A DNA stretch of 64,000 nucleotides. It comes from Vicugna vicugna. Lineage: Eukaryota. Positions 39,501-51,560 of the stretch are shown piece by piece (positions within the stretch are counted from its first letter, which is position 1; each line of letters begins with the position of its first letter). The position numbers and the translations under genes were made by a program. The stretch covers positions 62,001-126,000 of the forward strand of contig MU057477.1 in assembly GCA_013265495.1 (NCBI GenBank). The letters are read 5' to 3'. Under the pieces are notes generated by a model. It ran no database searches. It had not been told where the DNA came from and saw nothing but the letters and a program-made list of their open reading frames with translations.

Positions 39501-42500
39501 TTAAGTATCTGATCTATGCATAAAGCTTGGCAAAGAACAAAAATGAATAGGAAATTTAATTTTTAGCTACAATGCGGAGTAAAATGTACCACGCATTGTT
39601 ATGTTCCATTTTCCTTTATAATGATTTGAAGATCATTATGTATGCAAGAGGCCCACAAATGTTTTGGAAGGAAACTAGATATAATTGTGTGCTGTTTTCC
39701 TTGGGTTCTTTGTGGGTTCTCTCCCGCCACTGAAAACACAATGTGGTGGGCTACAAAGGATTGTGTCCTTCCTGTGTTGTGCTTTTTATTGTCCACTTTT
39801 GTTTTTCAGCCAGGAAGAATAAGGGCAGTAGGAATTGTAGGTATTGAAAGGAAACTGGAAGAAAAAAGAAAAGAAACTGACAAAAACATTTCTGAGGTAA
39901 CTTCTGCATGAGCTCCGGTCAGCTGTCTTTTTCAGCCGTTTTGTTCATTCTTTTGGATGCAGCTGTGACTGACTCCAGTCCGTGTACTGGAATATATTTA
40001 GTTTGCCTGAAGCCACACAGTCTCTTATTCCATTTACCAGATCTGTTTCAGGTTAGCCTAGTTTAGCCAAAAGGTGTTTTAAAAACCTTCTCCAAAAAGA
40101 AACGAAAGCACAAATTTGTTTTCTGTGGTGTTAGAAAACAGCACGGATTGTCGTGTGTAGGTTTTTAAGTCTAGGTGGAATTGATGGAGGGTACTCGTAA
40201 TGAACTCAGAGGTGTTGGCCCGTCTGCTTTCCAGCAGCTCGTGTGGGCTCTGCGGGGTCGGTCTCTTACTCTCAGGTCTGCCAGCTGCCCTGTGCGTCCC
40301 TTTTCCTCCTGCCTGGATGCTGATATCCCACAGGTCTTGTGGCTCATGGTGGTTTGTCCCCACTTGCTTGTGTCTTGGGGGTTTGTGGGTATCTTGTCAC
40401 TGAGTTTTGTAGTATATGCTGCCTGTGGGTTTTTGGTGTGGAGATCCGGTTGTCCCGTTTTTGTGTTGGGATTTGGAGAGATTCAAAAACTATGTTGCTA
40501 ATTCCAAATTTTAGCATAATATTAGAAATAGAAGTGAGGAAGTTTATGGCTTAAAATTACTTAAAATATTTTATAGGTAATTCTTCTGAGACACTAAAAT
40601 GTATTTATTTTTTATGGAATATAATCAATAAGGGCTAATTTATGTATTCTGTGTGGACTCATTTATTTTTAACATATTTTTCTATGAAAACATAGTAAAT
40701 AAAGTGATTTACCATATAAAAATTTTAAAGTGTTGTCTTACTAGTTTTCTTTACACGAGAGTAAAAGAAATCTACTCATAGTTTGTATATGCAAAGTGAA
40801 AATCTAAGTGTGTGAAGTGTTTGTGTTTTAGTTTTGAAAACTAGGTTGGTGTGTGATTTGCCCTGCATTTAAATGTTGAAATTGCCTTGATTTCAAGCTG
40901 GTGCCCAGAGTTTCCCACAAAAGGTTTCCTGCATCTGCTGGCTGCTACTGATAAGAATCCAGTGTTTAAGCCTTTTGTTTATCTGAGGAAATTCCTGTTA
41001 GGTGTGTGCACATTCGTTCCCCTTTGTTTTTGGTAGTAGCCCAGCAAGTCAGCCATAAGAATTGTACACAACACTCTATTCTTTTAGCAAAACCCTTTTG
41101 CAGATGGGGGATGCTTTCCTGCGTGTAGTTCAGATGGGCACCAGCCAGTCAGAACCTGTTGAGCACCGTTCTGTGTGGATTGAAAGAGTTTTCAGTTAAT
41201 GTTAAGTTGCTCAATTGGTTTGAAAGCATAACATCTGTGCACATCTCTTAGACAGATGATACTCTGTGCTGGAAGTATATTTTTGGTAATTTGAAATAAA
41301 TGAGTTATAAGTGTGTCTGATGAAGTTTGAAGAGGACTTTGAAGTGGATATTCATTGTAGAAAACAGTTGACGGGTTTTATTTAGCTACGTTTTGGTGGT
41401 ACTTGAATGTTTTCCATCTGTGATGTTGACTCTGGTCAAAGCTACTAGTAGAATCTGTTTGATATTCAGAGGCTGAGGTTTACGGCTTCAGTTAAATCAC
41501 ACCTGCTGTTAAAGCCAGAGTCGTTGGGTCCGAAGAAACCATGTTGCTGTTTCAGTCCAGGAGGCTTTACAATGCCTCTGATTTTTGACCTCCTACCTGG
41601 AAATGGTTTTGGGAAAAAAAACAGTGAGAAATTTTTTCTTTTATTAAAGTATAGTTGGTTTACATGTTGTATTAGTAGTGACAAATTTTCTTACTTGTGT
41701 CAAAGAACAGTGAATGATATTTTCTGAACTATGACTCTTGTCGCCTTTTGTTTAATCAATAACTGTTTTCTCTTTGAAAATTTGAAAAGTTATTTTTTGT
41801 GGTTTTGGAAAATTTATGGTTTCTTAGCTAAACTGAATTCTTAGAATAAGGTAGATTTATTACTTGTATGAATATTCATATAAATAAGTTGATGTTTGTA
41901 AGAAAATTTCATAAATTTTTATCATAGGGAAGAAAATAGAGTGCTTTTCTACTTTAAAACATCTTAATTCTTGAGACAGATTCCAACAAAAACTCATTTC
42001 TCATTTCAGGCCTTTGAAGACCTCAGCAAACTAATGGTGAAGGTACGCATCATTTACATCTATTAAATTGATACCAATTATGATATAGTTCTGAAAATAT
42101 ATTTGGTTAGCAGACGCTTTGGGGACATTATTTCTTTTCGATCTTTTACTGTTCTCTTGACAGGCTAAGGAAATGGTGGAGTTATCAAAATCAATTGCTA
42201 ATAAGATGAAAGACAAGCAAGGTGATATCACAGAAGATGAGGTAAATGGATTGCTTTTTTAAGGCATTAGAAACTAGATTACACAAATAATCCAATGACA
42301 TTTTGGTGATTTGTTGGTTTCCTTTCTTAATGTAGTGTTTGATTTCTTTTAGGACTTGAGGATATATGAACATGCTAAAGAAAAAATCAGCCTTAAAAAC
42401 TTCGTTAGTTCTAGTAGGATTAAAGGATATTTTAATACCCTTTCTTGGAGTGTAGAAACCAGAGGTATTGAAATGCGTAAGGAGTGGCATTTTAGACATA

Positions 42501-45500
42501 CCCATAAGTTTGATATCTGTTTCTTTGTCTACAATCTGGTCATAGCCATTTTCCTTTTTACGTTTCAGTTGTATCACTTGGTTGCATTAAACAGAGAATA
42601 GTTGTTACCTAAGTCTCCTCTGCCACCAAACTTGTGGGGTAAACGGAGTATGAGATTAAGACAGGAGAAGGAAGAATAATAATTGCATTTTGATAGGGAA
42701 CTACTAGAAGTCTACTCGTATGTAGTTCACAGCCCAGACACAGCAGAAGAAATGGGTAGATACAGAGATGATGGAGTAGGACTGAATGTATGATGAAGGA
42801 TTTCAGATGCTGGATGGAGTCCAGTTCTGCAGAGTCTTCTTGTGCATTGTCTTCTCTCGTTGTAGACCATCAGGTTTAAATCCTATTTGCTGAGCATGGG
42901 CATCGCTAACCCGGTTACCAGGGAAACCTACGGCTCGGGCACACAGTACCACATGCAGCTGGCCAAACAGCTGGCCGGAATATTGCAGGCGCCGTTAGAG
43001 GTAACAACAAAACCTAGATGGTCTCTTTAAATTATGTTAAATTATTTCCATGTTATCAGAAATCTTAACAAGAGCATAACTCCTTCCGTGATGTCACTGT
43101 TCAACCAGTATGGTATTTTTCCTTTCAGTAATATTAAACTAATTCAGTGTACCTATTAATGAGTTCTTTATCAGTAATCTTCTAAATTGTTTTTAATTTC
43201 CATTTCAGATATCTCAGTCTGTTTGATAGGAGCTTTTTCTTATCTCCTATTTTCAAAAGGAAATGTATGATCTGAATATATTTAGACACATTTTCATATA
43301 TCTAGTCTTAATATAGTGGACTAGTAATAATTTCATAATACAGATTCATCTCCTAGTCTGACATTATTCAGGCAGTCAAAACTTTATTAAGCCCCCATAT
43401 GAAGAAATACTTCAAACATATGATGAAACAGAAGAGTGTAATGAGCTCCTTTGTGCCCATCATCCAGCTTCATCTGTAAACCAGCTGCCTCGCAAAATTA
43501 TTTTAAAGCAAATTCCAAACATCACATTGCTATATGTAAATATTTCAATATGTAATTATAATGATAAAGATGCCTTTAAATGAAATTATAATCCCATTTC
43601 ACACCTAAAAAGTTAAAAATAATTTTTCAATATTATCAAATATCTAGTTAGTGTTTACATTTCCTCTTAGAGTTGATTTTTTCAAACCAGGATACATTGA
43701 AATTGTTTGATTTCTCTTTCAAGTGTGTTTTTTAATTCTATATGTTTTTCCCTTCTCCCATCTCTTTTGTCTGCTATACAGTTTATTTAGTGGAGAAACT
43801 AGTAGTTTATCTTAGTGTCTCAGAGTCTAGATTTTGCTAAGTTATAAGTTAATGTGTTACCCTATAAACTGGTAGTTATAGCTAGAACTTTGTTTTTTTC
43901 TGACAACAGTATTTCATAGACGGTGTTGTGCATTTCCATCAGGAGGTGCCTAATATCTGATTGTCTTTTTGTGTGTATGATGTTAGCAGCTACTGACAAT
44001 CATTATCTGGATCTGTTACTTCATTAGGGGCTGCAAAATGGTGATATTCTTATTTAATTCTATAATTACTTCATTTATTAGCTGGAATAACTTAAACTAT
44101 TTAAATACACTTTTTGAAACATGGTGTACAACCCCTCTTTTCATTTAAGTAAATGTTAAACAGTAATAATGACATTAAAGTCTAAATATGGAATTTGAAG
44201 TGCTTCATGGTATCTGAATAGGTTCCCCTGTGTGTAAATATAATTTTCAAAAGCTCCATAAGAGATTGTATGATTTCTGATTTCACTCTGATTTTGATTT
44301 CTGTCAAGAAGTGCTAACCTGTACTAACCATAATACTTCTTTTTATTTCATATTTTAACAGGAACGAGGGGGAATAATGTCACTCACGGAAGTGTACTGT
44401 TTAGTAAACCGAGCTCGAGGAATGGAAGTAAGAATATTTAGAGATTCTTTAAGCTAAATATAGACTTTCTTGATATAAAGCAAACTCCTCTACATTGAAT
44501 ACAATTTGAGGAAGGGCTGTGGGTATTAAAACTATTTTGAGAAGCAGCATAGTGCAGTGAAGGGAATACTAGGAGGTAGATTCTGTTCCTGATTTTGCTG
44601 AGTGACCTGGAGTACCTTCCTTAACCTCTCTGGGACTCAGGTTTCTTACCTTTAAAGTAAGGATTTAGATGGAGTGATACCTCAGAGCTCTCATATCCTG
44701 TGTTTGTATTGTGAAGAATAAGGTTGTGCACGATGCCCTGTCTGTGACAGTTAGCTCTTTTGAGTGAGCCGGGTTGGATACAGACTGCTTGTGGATAATA
44801 TGGAGCGAAAGCTGCCCCGCTCCTGTGGCTCTGAATCAGCAGTGGCTGTACGTCAGCTCTCGCTGCCCCTTCACGTCCAGATGCCCATGGCCTCCAAGGG
44901 TCTGTCTGTGCACTTGTGCCCCTGAAGCCAAACAGTTTTGTGGTGTCAGCAGTCACCTCCACACGAACAACTCACACACATCTCTGCAGCACTCACCCGG
45001 GTCCCACGAGTTAAGCCTCTGCTCTGTTTTTATTTGAGCAGTCATCTTAACTGCCACCAGCGACTACCTACTGTCCACCAGGCACTCTGCACATGTTACC
45101 TTATTTATCCTCCCAACAGCTCAGTAAGGTAGCTTCTTATTCTGTCCCCATCTAGGGGGTGACTAGGGGGTGAAGAAATTGAGGCTTAGAAAGATTAAAT
45201 AATTTGACGATGGCCACTCCTGGCTTGACAGGGCTTCGGATCCAGGCTGGGCTGGCTCTGGAGCCACTGTGTGTGACTCACACCTGTGCCTGTCAGCACC
45301 ACACTGGGCTGATTCTTCAAGGCCACATGGTCGGGGAGGGTAGCCACTAGCTAGCTACATGTGGCCACTGTGAACTTGAAATGTAGTTAATCCAAATTGA
45401 GATGTGCTGTAAGTGTAAATTACACACTGGATTTAGAAGATTTAGTACAGAATAAAGTGTTAACTATCTCATTAATAACTTTTATATCAATTATATGTTG

Positions 45501-47736
45501 AATTTTTGGATCCACTGGGTTAAATAAAAATATGTATTAAAATTTCACTTGTTTCTTTTTACTTTTTTCACCTTTTTAAAATTTAAATATAGTTGATTTT
45601 CAGTATTGTGTCTCTATTTTTTAATGTGTGTATAAGACCATTAAAATTACATACATGACTTGAATTATTTTATTTCTGTTTTAATAAAGAGACGTCTCTG
45701 CTTCTTTGTTAAGCCTTTTTACCTTGTAGTGATTAAGCCACCTAAAATCCTTGATACATGATCATTTTTAAACGTCCTCTTCTATTTTAGTGGTCACTAT
45801 AATTATATAGCAATACTCTATTAATTTGCAGTGTAAACTGGGTTTTTTTCCCCACTAGTTGCTCTCACCAGAAGATTTGGTGAATGCATGCAAGATGCTG
45901 GCAGCACTGAAGTTACCTCTCAGGTAAAAGAGCTTCTGCAGGAAGTTCGCCAGTTGTAGCTACAGTTCTGCACTGAGTGGGCAGGAAGGCCCTGCCAGGC
46001 CTGCTGTCCCATGTGGTGAGCCAGCATCTTGTCCCTCCTGCCGTTATATTAATGTGGGCAGAAGTCACTTGGCCTGAAGAACGTTGGTTCCTCCCCTGAG
46101 GTCACAGTGACCAGTCCCTATGCCCTTAGACACGTCTCCTGGTCTCCGGAGAAGCAGAATTACATCATTCAGCTGTGGACTGTGTTTTCCTTATTCTCGG
46201 GTTAAAAAATCGTACCAGGCATATCTCATTTAGCATGTGAACTGTAGCTCAGAATTTTATTTACTGTTTGTTTATTCACGAGCTTTTTAGTTATGGCGTG
46301 GTTACCCGTGGTTGTTACATTTTGAAGGTTGTTTTGTGTTAATGTTGCCCCTCATACCTGGACTTAAATGAAAGTGAAAAATACTTGCACCTCCTCAGGG
46401 GCTGGAGATCCCAGATGTTCACAGCTTTTGTCTGCGATTTTTAGGCTCCGAGTGTTTGACAGTGGCGTCATGGTCATTGAACTGCAGTCCCACAAGGAGG
46501 AGGAAATGGTGGCCTCAGCCTTGGAGACGGTACGGGAACCCCGCTTCCTCCCGTCCTGAGACCTTGCCACGCGAAGACCCCGGTGCTTAGCAACTTGAGA
46601 AACAGGATTTCCTTTTGAATTTAACTTTACTGAAAAGTAACATTCACAGACCCAGTTGAAAACGCTTTGTCATTAACAATGAATAACTATTAATCACACT
46701 TGTGCTTTGAAAGCGTTTTGAAACTTGCCAACGCCCGTAATACCTTGTAAGGAGAGTAGGAATTAGTGAGGAGCTTGCTCTCTTTTCATTTGAAACTCAG
46801 TCTTGAGAACAAGTTCTTAACTTTGTAAATCAGAATGTTACCCGTGGTTGAACTTTTTTTCCCCACTGATACCTACAGAAGCTGCATTATAAAACACCAT
46901 TCATTGTTTTGTGAAATAATTGCTTCAAAAAATACGGAAAGCAACTCTAGTTTAGGTGGATTTTACTGGCCAAACTGCTGATGATACTCATTAGGATATC
47001 TGAAATATCGCCTCAGAGCCTCTGCGGTGAGCCTGTATAATTTGAATAACTCACATTTATTACACATTTTATTTTAAACCAGATGAAAGCACCATGGCTA
47101 TGGATATTTCTACCACATATTTTAAAACTATTCATATGTGTAAGGGTCCTTTACTGGTGCAAGTACTATGCACTCAATTAGAATTTGTTTTATGTCCCTT
47201 GTCAAGTACAGGTTAGTTCTTTTCAGGCTTCAGTACAGTGCCTTTTTACATTACGTAGTGCTTCGAGATGGTTTAGCCTCTCCTGTATTTGTTCTGGGTC
47301 CTTTAACTGTTGTAGAATTAAGCATTAGTGAAAAAGATTTAGTTCTAAAGTGAGCAGTCTTTGAATTTTAGTAGAAAGTTGTCAGTTATTTCCTGAGTTT
47401 ACTGGTAGGTACTCTTCCCAGGCTATTGCCTAGGTGGCCTAACTTAATCACGTTTTCCTGCTGTGTGTTTGTTAGGTTTCAGAAAAGGGATCCCTAACAT
47501 CAGAAGAGTTTGCTAAGCTCGTGGGAATGTCTGTCCTCCTGGCTAAAGAAAGGTGAGCAAGGTCTTCGCTCTTCACTTCAACTAGTGTTTGTGTTTCTGA
47601 GTGGATGGATGGATGACGGTGGTTTTCCCCCTTGATTCCTAGGTTGCTTCTTGCAGAGAAGATGGGCCATCTTTGCCGAGACGATTCAGTGGAAGGCTTG
47701 CGGTTTTACCCAAATTTATTTATGACACAGAGCTAA
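27478..47736 (+). CDS. VPS36: VPS36 (ESCRT-II subunit EAP45), complete; join(27478..27573,32943..33011,34423..34493,37893..38004,38990..39079,39810..39896,42010..42042,42164..42241,42866..43000,44362..44427,45859..45923,46445..46529,47476..47552,47643..47736), 385 aa
   Basis: [32 protein letters not shown]...GLUE domain...[10 protein letters not shown]...[20 protein letters not shown]...[20 protein letters not shown]. 14 GT-AG exons totalling 1158 nt with consistent phase. Confidence 0.97.
30472..30600 (-). mobile_element. tRNA-Ala-derived SINE (Vic-1-like)
   Basis: Reverse-oriented copy; TSD CAACAGTGTATTA / CAACAATGTATTA. Confidence 0.85.
32943..33011 (+). CDS. VPS36: VPS36 exon 2
   Basis: [23 protein letters not shown]. 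Confidence 0.95.
33516..33548. repeat. (TG)n microsatellite
   Basis: About 16 perfect TG units in VPS36 intron 2. Confidence 0.95.
34423..34493 (+). CDS. VPS36: VPS36 exon 3
   Basis: [23 protein letters not shown]. Confidence 0.95.
34672..35325 (+). mobile_element. L1 3'UTR fragment
   Basis: GTACAAACTTCCAG, GATGTAATGTACA, GAGTTCTCATCACAAG, ACACCTTAAACTTATA motifs ending in an A-rich tail. Confidence 0.75.
35608..35725. mobile_element. hAT-Blackjack-type MITE relic (MER81/MER94-like)
   Basis: Termini TAGGGT... / ...TGGTCACCCTG with GTCCAAACTGGGACA. Confidence 0.55.
37600..37732 (+). mobile_element. tRNA-Ala-derived SINE (Vic-1-like)
   Basis: GGGAGGGTATAGCT...GGTTCAATCC...TAAACCTAATTACCCCC; TSD ATACTGAATTGATA / ATACTGAGTTGATA. 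Confidence 0.85.
37893..38004 (+). CDS. VPS36: VPS36 exon 4
   Basis: [37 protein letters not shown]. Confidence 0.95.
38990..39079 (+). CDS. VPS36: VPS36 exon 5
   Basis: [30 protein letters not shown]. Confidence 0.94.
39810..39896 (+). CDS. VPS36: VPS36 exon 6
   Basis: [29 protein letters not shown]. Confidence 0.95.
42010..42042 (+). CDS. VPS36: VPS36 exon 7 (33 nt)
   Basis: [11 protein letters not shown]. Confidence 0.93.
42164..42241 (+). CDS. VPS36: VPS36 exon 8
   Basis: [26 protein letters not shown]. Confidence 0.95.
42866..43000 (+). CDS. VPS36: VPS36 exon 9
   Basis: [45 protein letters not shown]. Confidence 0.96.
43380..44090 (-). mobile_element. Old L1 (L1MC/ME-type) 3' fragment
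   Basis: GTGCCCATCATCCAGCTTCA, TTTTAAAGCAAATTCCAAACATCA, GGGGCTGCAAAATGGTGATATTCT motifs. Confidence 0.55.
44362..44427 (+). CDS. VPS36: VPS36 exon 10
   Basis: [22 protein letters not shown]. Confidence 0.95.
45340..45670. mobile_element. MER3/MER33-like hAT-Charlie relic
   Basis: GTAGCCACTAG...ACATGTGGC...AATTGAGATGTGCTGTAAGTGTAAA...CACTGGATTT; a related fragment lies at 19140-19257. Confidence 0.65.
45859..45923 (+). CDS. VPS36: VPS36 exon 11
   Basis: [21 protein letters not shown]. Confidence 0.95.
46445..46529 (+). CDS. VPS36: VPS36 exon 12
   Basis: [28 protein letters not shown]. Confidence 0.95.
47476..47552 (+). CDS. VPS36: VPS36 exon 13
   Basis: [25 protein letters not shown]. 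Confidence 0.95.
47643..47736 (+). CDS. VPS36: VPS36 exon 14 (coding part, stop)
   Basis: [30 protein letters not shown]. Confidence 0.96.
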
Positions 47737-50620
47737 GAATTTTGTATTTGAAATACTTCTTGTCCATATCCTTGCATCATGTAGAGGTTGAATGACATTG
47801 ATCTAGGAGTAAACCCTGAGAAACTGAGAATTTACTGGCATTTCCCAGAATGATATAAAACCCATTTAATTTCTCCCTAAATACTATGATCCAGGAAGCT
47901 TCTTTAGGATAAATATAGGAAAATATAGAAAAATGAATGCCAATATCAATTTGAAATCATGTTACAGCTATATAGCAACCCTCAGGGTTTAACTTGATCT
48001 TCAGATCTGACCAATTTTTAAAGAAGAGAATTCAGTTCACTGGGGACGTGCATATTTGGACAGGTTAGATCATTATTTTGGTGTGACTAAAATTCACTAA
48101 TTATAAATGAAGTTTTTTTTCTGTGTTTAATGGGCCCATTTGGGGTGTGTTCTTTTTTTTTTTTTTTTTGGTGAAACAATTTACACCTACAGTTTAGTTT
48201 AAGAACCTGACAACACTGGAACAAAACATCAAACTGTAGAATGTCATTTGAGACTCTTCCTAAGGGCTTTTAGAAGCAGCCATAAACATGTCTTCAACAG
48301 ACCAAATAAAACACCTTAAAAAAGGAGAGAATTTTATTTGACTTATGTATATATAATCTGACAAGTTTCTTTCTTCCTATTTTTTTTTTAGTGATGATTT
48401 CATGGCTGGCATTTAAGGAATGCACCTATGTCATTTTGTTTTAAAAATGCTGTAGATTTTGAAACTGAATTAACGAGCTGTATAGACATGCCCAGAGGTA
48501 CGGTTACACACGTGGGAAGCAGATGGCTCAGGATTTCCCTAGGATTGTTGTGCGGGTTCAGGAGCCTGGAGGACCCTTAACCAGCTTTACAGGAACCCTG
48601 GTGCTCTTTTACCTCAAAGCCAAGGATGGGAAAATAGAAGGTGGAAACATAATATGTCTCTTTTCCTTCCCTTTAAGAGGGAGTTTCAACGCTGAACTTT
48701 TTAAAATATTTGTATCATATTCTAGCAATATTTTTTTCCTTTACCCCACACATTATAAGCTGTGTGGAGAAACTTTCTCACTATAAGGTATTACTGAGAT
48801 AACAGAAACTGACTAATAGGAATTTTGATTGCTTGAGTTTTAAAGTGACTACCTGACTTTGTTCGTTCCTGCTACATAGCATACGGCATGTTGGCATTAC
48901 CTCAAACTCAGGGATCCCACAGGGACAGAAAGAGAGCCCCCTGCTAAGGCTGAGGTGGCAGTGCAAGGCAGTGATAGTTTTTGGCCGAGTCTCTAGAAGG
49001 GATGGTATCTATGCTGAGACCAGGAGGACGGGATACCCAGGCTCAGATTCTGGGATCCCTGAGACTTTCTCACTGAAGAGTTGGAGAGCCACTGTCAGAG
49101 GCCACTGCAAATGCCCTCTGGGGAAGTTCCAGGGATCCTCAGCTGCAGACCCAGGGAATCCATCCAAGTGCAGCCAGAGTCGATCCCTGATCCCTGTCGC
49201 TGCTTCGCATCCTCCAGTGTCGTGGGAATGTTATGGCCGAGGCATCCTGCCTTAGGCTTCATTTTCTAAACCTGTCACTTCATTCCCCCATCGCTCAGCC
49301 TCAGGTTTGTTTTGGGGGAAATTCAGTGTCTGGCTGCCCATGTCTTTCGGGCCATTGTGTACGGTTGTTTGTATGTCACTCCTCTCTCTGGGATGCACTC
49401 ACTCTCACGCTGCTCTGGCAAACTTGTACATGTACACACACACCCACACCCACACCCACACCCACACACACGAAATCACATACACACAATATCTCATCTG
49501 GCTAAGGTTTTCAAAAATTAGGAGGATAATCTGTTTCACCAGTTGGAATGAGTTGCAACTAAGATTGAGCTACTGGATCTGGCTCTGATGGTTTGGATTC
49601 CATACGGCAAACTCCCGGAGTTCAGCATGTTTATTTACACTAGTGTGACAGCACATTAACAAAGATGGGCCGTCTGAATTGTATAAAGTGAACTAAAGAA
49701 GAAGAAACATGGACATGGATATATTTTGCAAATATCACATTAATTTAAAAACAAGGATGATTGATTTTTATTGCTTTAAAGTGGGCATTCTTCACTGTTT
49801 CCAGACCTCTGTATGTATATTTTTAATCCATTTTGTTTTGTTTTTGCCAAATAAGATGTCACTTTGGTCCTTTGTTGGTAGCGGTTATGTTTAAATACAA
49901 CCAATCAGGCCCTAAGTGCAAAAAAGTTCCGTCTTGGTGCTTATCACTGTTATAATTATTATTTTTGCTTTTCTGACTTTGCTCTTAGGAGCATAAATGT
50001 TCGTAGCTTTATGATAATGAAAAATTTCTAGTCATACTGTCAAAAATTTTTTTACATTGTACATGCAAAGAATGTTTTCAGAGTTAAATGATTGGTGTTA
50101 ATGTATATAGAGTAGAATTATTGCAAAATTAGAAATGATTTTTCTCAATTTGGTGTTCTTTTTACTCTTTGAAAAATATATGAAAATGATAAACATTTAG
50201 TCAGAATAAGCCAGTATGTTAAGATTTCTTTCTTTTAGACTTTGTAGTCAAGAGTTGATTATAAATATTTATGACCTCAAGCTCTTACTATTTTAGTTGT
50301 TTTAAAAGAATGGGAAATGGCTTACAAACTTTTTTTTAAATTCTTGATGTGAAGTCCACTGTTGACCATGTGTATTTATGTGAATGTACTATCTCTGGTT
50401 CCCTGTTACCAGACTAAACTGAGCAGACATGGACTTAACCACATTAAAACGATTCTCCCTTGCCCAGCAATCTCAGAGTTTCCATTTTGGTACAGTACAG
50501 TCACAGTTTACAAGGTGGTTAGGTTTTAAAGGCTGTGCCTAAGGATGGACTCGAGCATGCTCAAAATGATCCCTGAAAATCTCTTAAATTGCCAATAAAG
50601 TTCTCTATATAATCTAACAG
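47737..50620 (+). other. VPS36: VPS36 3'UTR with proximal and distal poly(A) signals
   Basis: AATAAA at 48305-48310 and 50594-50599; region largely free of interspersed repeats. Confidence 0.6.
49434..49472. repeat. (CACACC)n / (CA)n compound repeat in the VPS36 3'UTR
   Basis: acacacacacccacacccacacccacacccacacaca. Confidence 0.85.
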
Positions 50621-51074
50621 TTAGAATGTCTGTAGAGTGATACATGGGTATGAATATAAGTAAAATATATCATTAAAAATTACATATCAACAGTAGACTT
50701 ATAGCACCAATTATACTATTTAAATGTGGTGGGGTTTTTTCAGCTGATTGATATGGTTGAATTTATGTAAATTATTGCTAATCCCATCCCTTATGATAGA
50801 TCTTGAGTATAATTTTCTCAAGGACAGAGGTTTTTATCTGCTTTGTTCATGGATGTGTCCTCAGAGCCTAGAATGAGGCCTGGCACACAGTGAGCATTCA
50901 ATAAATACCTACTGAATGAATGAACTCCGATGTGTATGCCTGTTTATAAATTGGCTTCTCTACCTTACTTTATCTCCCATTCAATTCAATAAAAAGAAAC
51001 AGTTTTTGAATACCTATTGACTTTGTGTGAGGAACTGTGGGCCCCTAGGGGAATACAGAAGTGAGTAAAGTGCA

Positions 51075-51214
51075 GGGGGTGCTGAGGGGATAGCTGAAGC
51101 GGTAGGGTGCGTGCTTAGCTTGCACCAGGTCCTGGATTCAATCCCCAGTACCTCCTCTAAAAATAGATAGATAAATAAATAAATAAATAAATAAATAAAA
51201 TTACCCCCCCCAAA
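51075..51214 (+). mobile_element. tRNA-Ala-derived SINE (Vic-1-like) with (TAAA)n tail
   Basis: GATAGCT...GTGCTTAGCTTGCAC...TTCAATCCCCAGTACCTCC followed by (TAAA)n and TTACCCCCCC. Confidence 0.8.
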
Positions 51215-51427
51215 AGAAGTAAGATACAGCCCCTGCCTTTAAGGGGATGGCTTCTTGGAAGACAGAAGAAGGAGCCTTCATGAAGTTCTGAGGAGGAAGA
51301 GGGAGAGCTGGAACACTAGGTTCACAAGAACCAAGAGATCATCAGGTGGAAGGCATTGGGTCAGGGAACAACGTGAGGTCTGCCCCTTCCTATTCCTGGG
51401 GCACATCTTCCTTGTCTGTCCAAACTT

Positions 51428-51560
51428 CTTTTTTTTTTTTTGGTGGGGGGAGGTAATCAGGTTTATTTATTTGTTTATTCTTACAGGAGGTACTGGGGAT
51501 TGATCCCAGAACCTCGTGCATGCTAAGCATGCACTCTACCACTTGAGCTATACCCTCCCT
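51428..51560 (-). mobile_element. tRNA-Ala-derived SINE (Vic-1-like)
   Basis: Reverse complement GGGAGGGTATAGCTCAAGTGGTAGAGTGCATGCTTAGCATGCACGAGG...; TSD TGTCCAAACT / TGTCCAGACT. Confidence 0.85.

Noticed and set aside
51488..51560. Apparent tRNA-Ala(AGC) genes (also at 2732, 30520, 37600, 51085, 59350)
   Set aside because: All carry the same A-rich SINE tail, most have clear target-site duplications, and all have stem or box mutations; these are SINE heads, not tRNA genes
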